From Chiloscyllium plagiosum (lineage: Eukaryota): DNA of 64,000 nt. The stretch spans positions 19,397,717 to 19,461,716 of the forward strand of contig NC_057720.1 in NCBI RefSeq assembly GCF_004010195.1, written 5' to 3'. Positions 12,871-24,357 of the stretch are shown piece after piece. Below the pieces are notes generated by a model. That model was not told the origin of the DNA. It searched no databases and worked only from the letters and a program-made list of their open reading frames with translations. The position numbers were made by a program, and so were the translations under genes. Every line of letters starts with the position of its first letter. Positions within the stretch are counted from its first letter, which is position 1.

Positions 12871-13279
12871 AGTAATTATATCCCATCCTTTGGAAAACTC
12901 TTGAATATAATTGGATTGCACAGCCACTACAGAGGGCAGTTAAGAGTTTGGAAACATTGCTGTGGGTCTGGAATCACATATAGGACAGGCTAAGTTAAAA
13001 TCCTGGATTTCTACAGTTTACAACTTCCTCCCTTCAGTACAGTTTGAAAGCGACAAGGAAGGAACCAGTGTTGGATCCATTTCTGACAGGGTAAGTTTGG
13101 CAAGTGGAGTACATCTCAGCAAACTTGTGATAACTTGGGTTCAAATAATTATGAAGGAGTCCAGAAAATATTGAATGCAAAAATGCTGAAACAGGGACAA
13201 GCTAGTTCAGGGATTTAAGGAGGACTGTAGGCTGGGTGAGTTGTAAAAGGTGATCCCAGGGTATAGAAGTAACAAAGCA

Positions 13280-13680
13280 ATGTAAAGCACCTTTGACAAT
13301 CACTGGACACCTCAGTCAAAAAGTACTTTATCGCAGTGACTACACTGTAAATGAATGTTGGAAACATGACAAACCAGTTACACAAAGAAACACCCACAAA
13401 CAGTAATGCAATAATAAGTGAGATAATGTAGGATAAATGTTGGCCAGAACACCAGGGACAATTCCCCTGTCTTTCTTTGAAATAGTATCATGAGATTCTT
13501 TACACTCACTGAAGCAGGCAAGTGCAATATCTGATCCAAAAGACAACACCTCTGCCACTGCAGCATTCCCCCCAGTAATGCACTCAGTTTCCAACCTTGA
13601 GTTTTGTGTTCAAGACCTGAAGTGAAACTTGAATCTGAAGCCAGAGGTGAGTGTGTTCCCTCCTGAGGCACAACTGACCA
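13280..13680 (-). mobile_element. Deu-domain SINE
   Basis: GGATAAATGTTGGCCAGAACACCAGGG..TGAAATAGT..ATGAGATTCTTTAC..CCAAAAGACAACACCTC. Confidence 0.75.
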
Positions 13681-14444
13681 GCTCAGCCACAAACTGAGCA
13701 CGGTCATTTGGAACAAAAACCTCAGGCATTACTTGGATGAAATGCAAAAAAAGCGAAAAGAAAATAGACAAAGAAAGCTTACGACAAATGCAGGAGCATG
13801 ATTCATTTTCTAACCAGGAAGATTATGGAAAGTAGAGAACAGAATCAAAAACGTTAATACAGAAAGCAAAGGGATTACAAGGAACGATTAGCTGCAACAT
13901 CAAATAAAGTGCAAGTGGTTTCCTCTGGGGGAAAAATCTAGAGCTGAAAGAGAAATTCTTAATTGAGATGCAGATGTGTGAAGGTTACACCAGCAGCGAA
14001 TAGGGAAGTTATGGAAAGGATGGTAACAAAGAAGAACTGCTACAAAGATTAGCATTGGTCAAAGTGGGTAAATCACATGGTCTGGATTTACTGCGATCTC
14101 AATCACAGATTGATGCAAAGGGAGAAAGGTGCTGGCAGGTGGGACTAGATTGGGTTGGGATATTGGCATGAACGGGTTGGACTGAAGGGTCTGTTTCCAT
14201 CCTGTACATCTGTATGAGTCTATAAAGGTCACAATCAATCTGGATTGGAGGCAGTTGAACTGGAGGTGGTCTGGAGGGCTGAACAGTGGCTAATGCCACT
14301 TCATAACTCAAGAAATAAGACAAGGATAATCCAGGAAAATGTAGGTCAATTAAATATTTGGAAGGTATTAGAAACTATCATGCGGGACAAAATGAACTTT
14401 CACTTGGAAAGCCACAGGTTGGTCAAGAAGAGTCAAGAATGAAT

Positions 14445-14860
14445 TTATAGTTAGAGTCATACAGCATGGAAACAGACCCTTCAATCCAACCAGCCTACAC
14501 CAAACATGTTGCCAATCTAAACTAGTCCAATCTGCCTGCACTTGGCCCATATCCCTCCAAACATTTCCTATACATATAACTATTCACATGTCTTTTAAAG
14601 TTTGTAACTGTACATGCATCTGCTGCTTTCCTTGGCAGTTCATTCCACACATGAACCACGCTGTATAAGAAAGCTCCCCTTCAGGTCTTTTGTAAATCTT
14701 TCTCCTCTCACCTTAAAAATATCAACCCTAGTTTTGAACTCACCTACCATCGGGAAAAGAGACTTGCCAGTCACCTTATCTATTCCTTTTATGATTTTTA
14801 AGACTTCAATAATGTCAGCCCTCAACCTCCTACACTCCAGTGAAAAAGTTCCCAGCCCTT
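14445..14860 (-). mobile_element. CR1 LINE 3' fragment
   Basis: LRADIIEVLKIIKGIDKV..LFPMVGEFKTR plus CR1 tail. Confidence 0.85.
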
Positions 14861-16068
14861 CCAGTCGGAGGAGTTTATGCAGGGACAGGGAGGGGAGATA
14901 TGCTAAGTTTTAGACCCTCGGCTGCTAAAGACACGGCCACCAATAGAGAACTGAAGGAAAGCGAGGATGAGCTAAGAGGTCGAACTGGAGGAAGGAGAAC
15001 TCACAGAAGGTTAATGACTGGTGGAGATGTCAACTGCATGAAGACCATTGATGGTCATTCGGAAAAGTGGATAAAAGTGGATATTAAAACATAATGGGTG
15101 TACTCTTGTAGTGGTCTGAGTGACGTGAGCTATGGTAAGTTTTGTGGCTGAATGAGAGCAGACATCAGGAGCACCTCACTCCACCTTAAGCTTCTCACAA
15201 GGGCACGGCGAGTTTTCACTTAGCAGCAGTGAATTGCCAACTTGTCTCATTAAATGGGCCACAGAGCCCACATACACAGACAATGGCATCCAACTGGTGC
15301 CAGCCTATAGGAAGACTTATGGCATATCCCTGATGCACTTACAGGATGCTTCTGAACTTCAATGCTGTGCCTTGGACTGCACCAGTATCATTGTAATGCT
15401 GCAGCAAGGAGCATCTATGCCCAGCTCATTGACTGTACTAGGCTGAATGCTCTCTTAGCACCAGCTTTCTCTGAAACTCTCTGACTACTCACAGTATCCT
15501 CACCTTGTCTTTTTGCACTTGTTCATCCAGAGCTACCAGGCTCGTATGACGTTTGTCTTGCCTTGCAATTTATCCCCGGCACAAAGGAAGGAAGCATGCC
15601 TCAGTCAGGTCCAGGTGGATAGCCATCAGCCAGGAGTGTCCGAGCAGCAAGTCAAGGACAGCCCCCAATAATAATTCCAGGGGCTTGGGAACAGCCAGTC
15701 AGCCAGCAACTTGGGCAGTCAGAGTTAGGATGCTCACTACAGAAGGGGGTGAGAAGCTGAATACCGGGCACCCTGACTCTTTCTGCCCTAGTAGGGACTG
15801 TCTTCCTGCTGGAATGAGAGAGAGAGGCAGGTATTAAGGGAGATGAAAGTGGGTAGCACAGCTGTTACTGTTTGTGCAGGTGAGGAGGTTTCTTGCATGA
15901 GTGAATAGGCAGCAGTGAGGACAGACAGGGTTGGGGTGGTTAAGATCAATGAGGGTAGATGTAGCAGATAATAGTGATAGAGTGGTAGTGCATGAGCCTT
16001 GGTGGGATGTGGGCACAGTATCTGAGGTAGGTGGAGTGTGAGGTCTCAGAGAAGGTTGTGTCACTTAC

Positions 16069-16288
16069 ACTAACACAGTGGAGAAGGTCATTGACCTTCT
16101 TCCTGCAGTGGTGGGTGTCCTCCACTAACTCGGGCAACAACCTCAGACCAGGCTGGCATGGTTTGATGTCATGCCCTCCACTGATGGTCCGAGGGGCAGA
16201 GAAAGCCTCACCTCTGTGCCACAGCACCCAGTGGGATTTCCAGGACCCTGCCCATACACCCGGGCACTGATTTACCCCCATTTGCCAC
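16069..16288 (-). mobile_element. Decayed Myb/SANT-like exon of a PIF/Harbinger DNA transposon
   Basis: GK..P....VLEI.L.AV.QR*..L.P....*.QT.PAWSEVVARVS /frameshift/ HCRKKVNDLL followed by donor GTAAGT; two stops and a frameshift. Confidence 0.65.
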
Positions 16289-16404
16289 GTCTGGGGCAAA
16301 TGCCTGGAACAACACAAGGCAGCTGTAGTCTGACCATACTTGTTCAAGTGAAAAATGAGCTTTTAAAGATGGCACAGGTACCAACAACACTGGTCAATTC
16401 TGGG

Positions 16405-16580
16405 TCGAGAGTGTGGCGCTGGAAAAGCACAGCAGGTCAGGCAGAATCCAAGGAGCAGGAGAATCGACGTTTTTGGCGAAACGTCGATTCTCCTGCTCTT
16501 CAGATGCTGTCTGACCTGCTGTGCTTTTCCAGCACCACACTCAATTCTGATCTTCAACATCTGCAGTCCTCAGGTTTCAC
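16405..16580. mobile_element. Family-A PLE-derived hairpin insertion
   Basis: Inverted arms; 15-bp TSD CTGGTCAATTCTGGG at 16390-16404 and 16581-16595. Confidence 0.9.
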
Positions 16581-17924
16581 CTGGTCAATTCTGGGACTGA
16601 GTGTCAAGTTGTTCCAAGAACTGCCAGTGGTAAGATGGGGCAGGAACTGGACGTGACGAATACCAGAGAGGCTGGGCAGGCAGTTAATGAGGTGAGCTTG
16701 GTAAGATAGTGAGAAACTCACTAAGCTTCACAGTGGGAATTTCTCCAAAAAGATGAAAACTCAACACACCTGAGACTTTTCCAAAAAAAGGGCTAATTGG
16801 GCAATTAAAAGATAAATGTATGTACCTGAGTTTACGTTATCTAAAGAGCTTCACTTTAGAAATTTAGCATTATGCCTGTTATGGATACAGAGCAGAGAAA
16901 AGCTGGAGGTCTGTGTTAACTTCCTGAATTGTTTAAAAGAATGGTAATGACCTGCATCAGCAACTTAATCCATGGCAGAACTTTCCACTGAGATGTTTCA
17001 GCTGGCAGATGCTGATTTACTCCATTAAGTTGAGCTGAAACCATCAATCCCAGATATCAAGTAATAGGCAGGAACAGCTTTCATGAACATCAGTGCTGAT
17101 GGGTGTGAATCATTTATCGATTGTCAGAGAGGATTACCACACTCTATACACGCCAGTCTGCATGCAAGCCTGCTCCAATGCATAATTAACACCAAGTGCT
17201 CAAGGCTGCCTTAGTTAAATAGCAAACCCTTTCGAGTCATAGAGGAATACAACATGGACTTGAAGTATTCTCAGACCAGAAAACATATTCTGATGGGAAC
17301 TTATTAGCTGATGGTGATAAAGGTGGTCAGCCAGCTAAAGGACACGGAGCCAAGGCAGGTATGTACATTTAAGAGACTGAGCAGTGCCGATCTAATTGAA
17401 CAGTGGAACAAGCTAATGAGCCTGAATGGACTGACCCATTTTTAAACATTTGCTCATGGTTTGTTTACACGGCTGGCCAGGCAGGTAACTATTGCCCATC
17501 TCTAATTACCCAGGGAGGCAATTAGAAGTCAACTACATTGCTGTGGCTTTGGAATCACGTCAGCCAGACCTAGTAATGAAGGCAATTTCCATTCCTAAAG
17601 GACATTAGTGAACCAGATGGATTTTTAACAACGGATACTAGTCATCATTAGTATTTTTGGCTCCAGGTGTTTATTGAATTCAAATTTCACCATCTGCCAT
17701 GTTGGATTTCAGGAAAAGAATGCGAGAGAGAATTATTATTCACACAACCTGTTTTCCATCAGACACGAACTGCTCATCAAGTCCTGGGCTTCATAATCAG
17801 GACTTCTTGCAGTATTGCAGATTCCAGCTTGATTCCTGCAGTTGCCCCCATGTCCATGCTCCTCTTACCCTTTGACAGAAGGTGCAAAACTGACTAGGCT
17901 CCTGTAAATCGGATTGAAACCTTT

Positions 17925-18370
17925 TTAATTTATCCATTTGTGGGATGTGGGCATCACTGGCTGGGTCAGCATTTATTGCTCGTCTCTAGTTGCCCTTGAG
18001 AAGGTGCTGATGAGCTGCCTTCTTGAACCACTGCAGTCCACCTACTGTGGGTTGACCCACAATGCCATTAGGGAGGGAATCCCAGGATTTTGACCCAGCA
18101 ACAGTGAAGGGATATATTTCCAAGTCAGGATGGAGGGGAACTTGCAGATGATGGTGTTCCTTACTGCCCTTGTCCTTCTCGACGGAAGTGGTCACAGGTT
18201 TGGAAGATCATTGGTGAACTTCAGCAGGGCATCTTGCAGATAGCACATACTGCTGCAACTGAGTGTCGGTTATAGAGGGAGTGGGAACTTGTGGATGTAG
18301 TACCAATCAAGCGAGCTGCTTTGTTCTGGATGGTGTCAAACGTATTGAGTGTAGTTGGAGCTGCACTCCA
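17925..18370 (-). mobile_element. L2/CR1-group LINE 3' region
   Basis: Homologous to the reverse complement of 39050-39570. Confidence 0.7.
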
Positions 18371-19227
18371 AAGGGTAGCAGTGATTTTTTAAATGATATT
18401 CAACAATAATTTTATGCCACCATTACTGAAAAGAGCTTTAAATTCCAGATTTTTTTAAAAATTGAAATTAAAAAATGGGATTTGAACCCATGTTCCACAA
18501 AATACTAACTTCACTCTCTGGATTACTGGCCAGTGACATTACCACTCTACCGCAATGCCCCCTGTGACTTTCAGGGCTAATTTTGTGGAGGTGCCAGCAG
18601 TCCCCAGAACTCGGGGCAAGGACGAAACCAGAAAGTGATTCTGCTCCAGCAGGAAGTGACAGCGTGTTTGATCAGCAGCCAACAGCAAGAGCTTCTGGCC
18701 CAATCGATCAGTGAGACTGTATGGCTCTTGTTAATGGCAGCGACTTCAGAGACGACAGCTGGAGGTTTGGCCACGTGTCAGAGGAGAATTGCAAAGCTCC
18801 AGAGACCAAGATGGTTGGAGGGTGGTGCTGCATTGTCACAAAGGTGGGCCATTGCTATCAGTCACAGAGTGCCCCGAATAGAGGGCCTGTCTCTCTCGAA
18901 CCTGCTGCAAAGTTTGCAGTTTTCCCAAAGGCTGCTGGTCTGCCAGCATTTCTGCTGCTGGCTAACTCACTGGGGGCAGGAGGTGGTCAGGCTCCCACTC
19001 CCCCACAGCTTTCCTGCTCCACTTACCCAATGATGTCGTCCTCCCAATCCATCGTCAAAAGGTCTGAAAGATTCTGACCCTGGTGACAATGTAAAGAGGA
19101 TCAGTTGAGGAAGGGTATTGACGCCTCTGGCAATAAACTTCCACAAGGTGTAAATCCAAGAGAATAATTTTCATAACTGGCTCTCTTACTGTGGAAACAA
19201 CAGAATGATGGGATGCAAAGTGGAGTA

Positions 19228-19439
19228 GAGAGTGTGTTACTGGAAAAGCACAGCAGGTCAGGCAGCATCTGAGCAGCAGGAAAATCAACATTTCGAGCTG
19301 GAGTCCTTCACTCCTGATGAAGAGCTCCGGCCGTATACGTCGATTCTCCTGCTCCTCATATGCTGCCTGACCTGCTGTGCTTTTCCAGCAACACGCTCTC
19401 AACTCTGATCTGCAGCGTCTGCAGACCTCACTGTCTCCA
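19228..19439. mobile_element. Family-A PLE-derived hairpin insertion
   Basis: 12-bp TSD CAAAGTGGAGTA at 19216-19227 and 19440-19451; CTGATGA near the centre. Confidence 0.9.
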
Positions 19440-19809
19440 CAAAGTGGAGTAATTAAATCCTTCAATGAAGAGCGTTTACTCACAGTTACAGCTTGCTAAC
19501 AATACCCTGTTAACAATATTAACCAAGGAGTTTCAGGTTCAAGTGCCACCTGTTCAAGACGTGAGTAATAACATCACTGAGCAGATTGATTTAGAAACAA
19601 GTTTTATAAAAAAAAACAATATGAACCAGTGAATTGTTTGACAGATTCACAGAGCTTGTTTAACTGGAGTGATTGGTGAAGATTTGTTTTAGATCCCACT
19701 TGTCAGTACAGACATTTTCAGCAAAAGTAACACAGTCATATCATTCAGCAAATCTGCCATCAAATCTTTCCCCTTTGCTTTGAGAATCCAATTCACCAAC
19801 AGTATGAAA

Positions 19810-20080
19810 GAAATTTATATTTATATGGCAAATTTTACAATTTTAAGACATCACAAAAGACGCCATAGCGAACGAAGTGTGATCACTTCATTAATATATG
19901 AAATCTGACAGCCAATTACCCCACAGCAAGATCCCACAATGTGATAATGACCAGGTCATCAGATTTTAGGAACATTGTTTGAGCAATAAATATTTCCCAC
20001 AATGTCAGAAAGAACTCCACTTCTTTTAAATGGTGTCATGGAAAATTTTAGACCCCCCCACCCCACCCTGAGAGAGTGGG
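19810..20080 (-). mobile_element. Deu-domain SINE, decayed
   Basis: ACAGCAAGATCCCACAA..GATAATGACCAG..ATAAATATT. Confidence 0.6.
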
Positions 20081-20220
20081 CATGGGGGCTGAGTTCTGCT
20101 GAGGGTGTTGGTTACCTGACCTAGAGTCATTTTCTGGTCATTAAATGCTCAGTGGATAGTGCACCTTCTGGTCAATTGAGCTGGTGCACTGACAGGTCAT
20201 CTCTGCATCTGCTTTCTATA

Positions 20221-20384
20221 GCAGTATGGTGGGTGATTGCCCAAGGCAAGAGTTGGCCTATGGTGGTACAGTGGGTGATTGCCCAAGGCAGGAGTTGGCC
20301 TATGGTGGTACAGTGGGTGATTGCCCAAGGCAGGAACTGGCCTCTGACGGTATGGCAGGTGATTGCCCAAGGCAGAAGCTGGCC
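20221..20384. repeat. Minisatellite, 42-bp unit, about 4 copies
   Basis: GTGATTGCCCAAGGCA at 20233, 20275, 20317 and 20359. Confidence 0.95.
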
Positions 20385-20714
20385 AACACAGCAAGGGAAG
20401 CCACCAGCCCTCTCCCTGTAACCAATGTGGCACTGGGAGACCTGAGCAGCAGCAGTGATTGGAGCTGCCTTCTATATCGGGGGAGTGACTGTGATCCCAT
20501 AATGCATCAACAGATAACATCCAGCTCCAAGAATTCCACACTCCACTGGCAAGTTTGCCACAGGAACAGAAGTAGATCATTCAGCCTATCAAGTCTGCTC
20601 AATCATTCAACGAGATGACGGCAGATCTGATAACCCCCAATTCCACTTTCTTGCCTTTTCTCTATGTTTTATCACCTGGTAGGATATCAGCCTAGCCACT
20701 TTCTGATGGATACA

Positions 20715-21005
20715 TTTTGATCTCCATCTCATTCAGCAAAACTCAGCACCCCCTGCCCATTCTCTCAGGGGAGCGTAAAAGTTCTATGGCACAATTTCAA
20801 AGAAGGGCAGTGGAGTTCTTTCTGACATCGTAGGAAATATTTATTGCTCAACCAACATTCCTAAAATCTAACAACCTGGTCATTACCGCATTGTGCTGTG
20901 GAGCAATTGGCTCTCAGATTACAAAAGTGACCACACTTCTGAAGTACTTCATTAGCTATGACATCTTTTGTGGTGTCTTAAAGTTGCTATATGAATATAA
21001 ATTGC
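20715..21005 (+). mobile_element. Deu-domain SINE
   Basis: CTCTCAGG..CGTAAAAG..ATGGCAC..TTTCAAAGAAGGGCAG..AATATTTAT..CTCAACCAACAT. Confidence 0.7.
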
Positions 21006-21210
21006 TGTTAGTGAATTGGATTCTCAATGCAAAGGATAAAGATTTATGCAGCTGGTTCCTCCCACATACTGGTGTGTGAACATGACGTAGGAGCTGGGGT
21101 CTGCATGACACCAGTACTGTGTGCTACTGCAGTCATTGTCATCAAGCGGCTCCCTATCTAGTTCCATTGCAATTCCTGCTACACCATCTTGAAACTGGCT
21201 AGTGTTAGGG

Positions 21211-21640
21211 GGAGAAAGTGAGGATTGCAGATGTTGGAGATCAGAGTCGAGAGTGTGGTGCTGGAAAAGCACAGCAGGTCAGGCAGCATCCGAGGAGCAG
21301 AAAAATTGACGCTTCGGGCATAAGCCCTTCATCAGGGACAAGGTTCGTAGGCTGGGGGGCTGGAGATAAATGGGAGGGGAGGGTGGGGGGCAGGTAGCTG
21401 GGAATGCAATTGGTTGATGAAGGTGAGAGAGGTGATAGGTTGGAGAGGAGGGTGTGGTGGATAAATGGGAAAGATAATGGACAGATTCTGGATTCGTGGT
21501 GCTGGAAGAGCACAGCAGTTCAGGCAGCATCCGAGGAGCAGTAAAATCCTCATTGTTTTTACCAAGATAATGGACAGGTCAAGTGGGTGATGCCAAGTTA
21601 GAGGCTTGGGACTGGGATAAGATGGGGGATGGGGAAATGA
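21211..21640 (-). mobile_element. Family-A PLE terminal region with purine-rich body, containing a nested sister-subfamily insertion (21485-21563)
   Basis: GGAGAAAGTGAGG.. terminus and hammerhead remnant at ~21305-21337; nested TSD AAGATAATGGACAG at 21471-21484 and 21564-21577. Confidence 0.8.
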
Positions 21641-22782
21641 GGGCTAATGGGGAGCTCTCCATTTAACAGTCCAAATAAGTGCTTTCACCATTTCTAGTTT
21701 GATATTCAGTCATTAACTACAAAGTTACCCCAACTGAATCCTTCCTGTTGGAAGAAACCCTATCAAAGTAATGTTTTCCAATTCTCATCAAGCTATCTCT
21801 ATACAGAGTCTTCTACGACTCTGTCTCCACTTCCTGTGTGCTGGGTCAAAGAAATAAAAACAAATTACACATTAATAATTGCCCCCAAAATATATAGGTG
21901 AATAAAAAGTATACAGGAATAGATGGAAATGTAACAAATTACCTCTGTGGCAATTCAAGATCGACCTTCCTTGGCCAAAGCCATTGTTGATGCAATGGGA
22001 ACTTTAAAAATTGAAGGAAAACTCCAGGACGACATTTTGAATAAAGTAGTTGCTGGTCTGCAAGTGGGAAGTATCCTGCCTCAGGGAAGACCAACATTTT
22101 CTGCCATCTCACTGTCGATTAACGGGGATGTGCACAAGGACTGATTCTAAATTAGCCTGTCATCTATTACTCATCTAAACAGGCAGCTAATCATTCAGAA
22201 AACCTATGCCTCTGGCAGGTGAGCCAATCTTATCAAAACATACGCACAACACCGTCTGTCAACACATAGCAGTTTACTGTTCAAACAAGATCATTGATCA
22301 AATTCTGTTGGAAGTAATAGCAAAGAAATTAGTAATAGCAAAATAACTAGCACTGGAGAAATTGTTGGGACTGAAGGTTGATAAATACCCTGATGATTTA
22401 TATCCTAAAGTGTTGAAAGAGGTAGAGGAAATGTTGTATTGTTGGTCATCATCCAAAGTTTTATGGAGTCCGGAATGGCCAGCATAGCTTGAAAGATTGT
22501 AAATGTAATTCCATTATTTGAGAAAGGAGGGAGAGAGGAAGCTAGGAGCTACAAACCTGCTGGCCTGAGGTCAGGAGGAAGGAAAATGTTCAAATCATTT
22601 GGAAACCCTAGCCACCCGACGCCTGTCGAACACCGCTGGTCACAGGCCTCCAGTCCGAAAAACATTCCTCCTTCACTGTCTGTCTCCTACCATAAAGCCA
22701 ATTTTGTATCCAACTGGCAAGGTCACCTGAATCCCATATGTGGAACCTTGTCAAAGGCTTTACTAAAGTCCATATAAACAAC

Positions 22783-22970
22783 TGCTGAAAATGTGTTGCT
22801 GGAACAGCGCAGCAGGTCAGGCAGCATCCAAGGAACAGGAGAATCGACGTTTCGGGCATAAGCCCGAAACGTCGATTCTCCTGTTCCTTGGATGCTGCCT
22901 GACCTGCTGCGCTGTTCCAGCAACACATTTTCAGCTCTGATCTCCAGCATCTGCAGACCTCACTTTCTCC
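22783..22970. mobile_element. Family-A hairpin with perfect 74-bp arms, inserted in a - strand CR1 RT fragment
   Basis: 22784-22857 is the exact reverse complement of 22862-22935, loop ATAA; TSD TCCATATAAACAAC at 22769-22782 and 22971-22984. Confidence 0.95.
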
Positions 22971-23059
22971 TCCATATAAACAACACCTACTGCTGTGCCC
23001 TCATCAATCCTCTTGGTTGCTTCCTCAAGAAAAATTCAATCAAGTTTGTGAGATGCGAT

Positions 23060-24357
23060 AAGAAAATAAACACAAGAGTAAACTAGCAAGGAATATAAAA
23101 ACTGATAGTAAGGTCTTCCTTAAATGTATAAAAAGGAAAAGAAAGGTCAAAGTGAACAGAGAGGTCAAAGTGATAGGCCCCTTTAAAAGTAAATCTGGGG
23201 ATATAGTTATGGGGAATGAGGAACAAAGAAATGGCAGAGAGGTTAAAGTCTTTAAAGTGGAAGATACTACAAGCTTCCCACTAATATTAAAGGGTATGGT
23301 GGAGGAATTAAGTACCATCGCCAAGTGTGGAGAAATAATCTTAGAAAAACTAATAGGGCTAAAGGCCTTAGCCTGATGGTTTACACCTGAGGATCGTAAC
23401 CGAGATAGCGACAAAGACAGTGGATGCATTGGCTGTAATTTTCCAAAAATCGTTAGATTCTGGAGAAGTATCAGAGGATTGGAAACTGCTAATGTGACAC
23501 CCCTATTCTAAATGTGAGGGAGTCAAAAAGCTACAGGCTGATTAGTCTAACATATATTGTTGGAAAAATGTTGGAATCAATTATTAAGGAAATAACAGCA
23601 GCACATTTGGAATACCACAATCTAATCAAGCATAGTCAGCATGGCTTCATGAAAGGGAAATTATGTCTGGCTTATTTATTACAGTTTTGCTAGGACGTCT
23701 CAACCAGTGCGGATAGAGGGGAAACTCATAGATCCGTTGAATTGGACTTTCAGAGATACCTCACAAAACGTTAAATCATAACCTAAGATCCATGGAGTTG
23801 GGAATAGTATACAGGCATGGATAGAGAATTGGCTAATGGGCCGGAAACAGCGAGAGGGGATAAGGGGTCCTTTTTCGGTTGATAACCTGTGACCAGTGGG
23901 GTCCCACAGGGATGACTGCTGGGACTGTAAATGTTTATAAAATATATTCATGACTTGGAGGAAGGAAGTGAATGTATTGTAGCCAAATTTCTAGATGGCA
24001 AAACAGCTGGAAAGACAATTTGCGAGAGGGATATAAACAATTTCCAGAGAGATATTGACAGATTAGGTAGGTGGGCAGTAAGCTGGCAAATGAAGGACCA
24101 TGTGGGAGAAAGTGAAATTGCCATTTTTGGAAGGGAAAACAAAAGAACAGCATTGTATTGAAATGGAGAAATTTGTAGAAGTCTGCAAAAACAAAGGTAT
24201 TTGGGGTGGGGTACTTGTGCCTGAAACACAAAGGTAGCACACAGATGCAGTAGGCAATCAGGAAGGCTAATGGAATGTTGGCCCTTATTTCAAGGGGGTT
24301 GATGTACAAGAATTAAAAAGACTGACTGCAACTGTACAAGGTATTGGTAAGACCATA
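23060..24357 (+). mobile_element. Old CR1 ORF2 (RT) fragment, resumes at ~27955
   Basis: Decayed SQHGFMKGK.CL, SGVPQG and YI.DL..G.EC.VAKF motifs. Confidence 0.8.

Noticed and set aside
21943..22144. Protein-like + strand ORF (AIQDRPSLAKAIVDAMG..) and a - strand AG|GTAATT donor
   Set aside because: No recognisable homology in any frame and no ATG at the ORF start. A coding exon here would split the SAM domain. A cryptic non-coding exon cannot be excluded.
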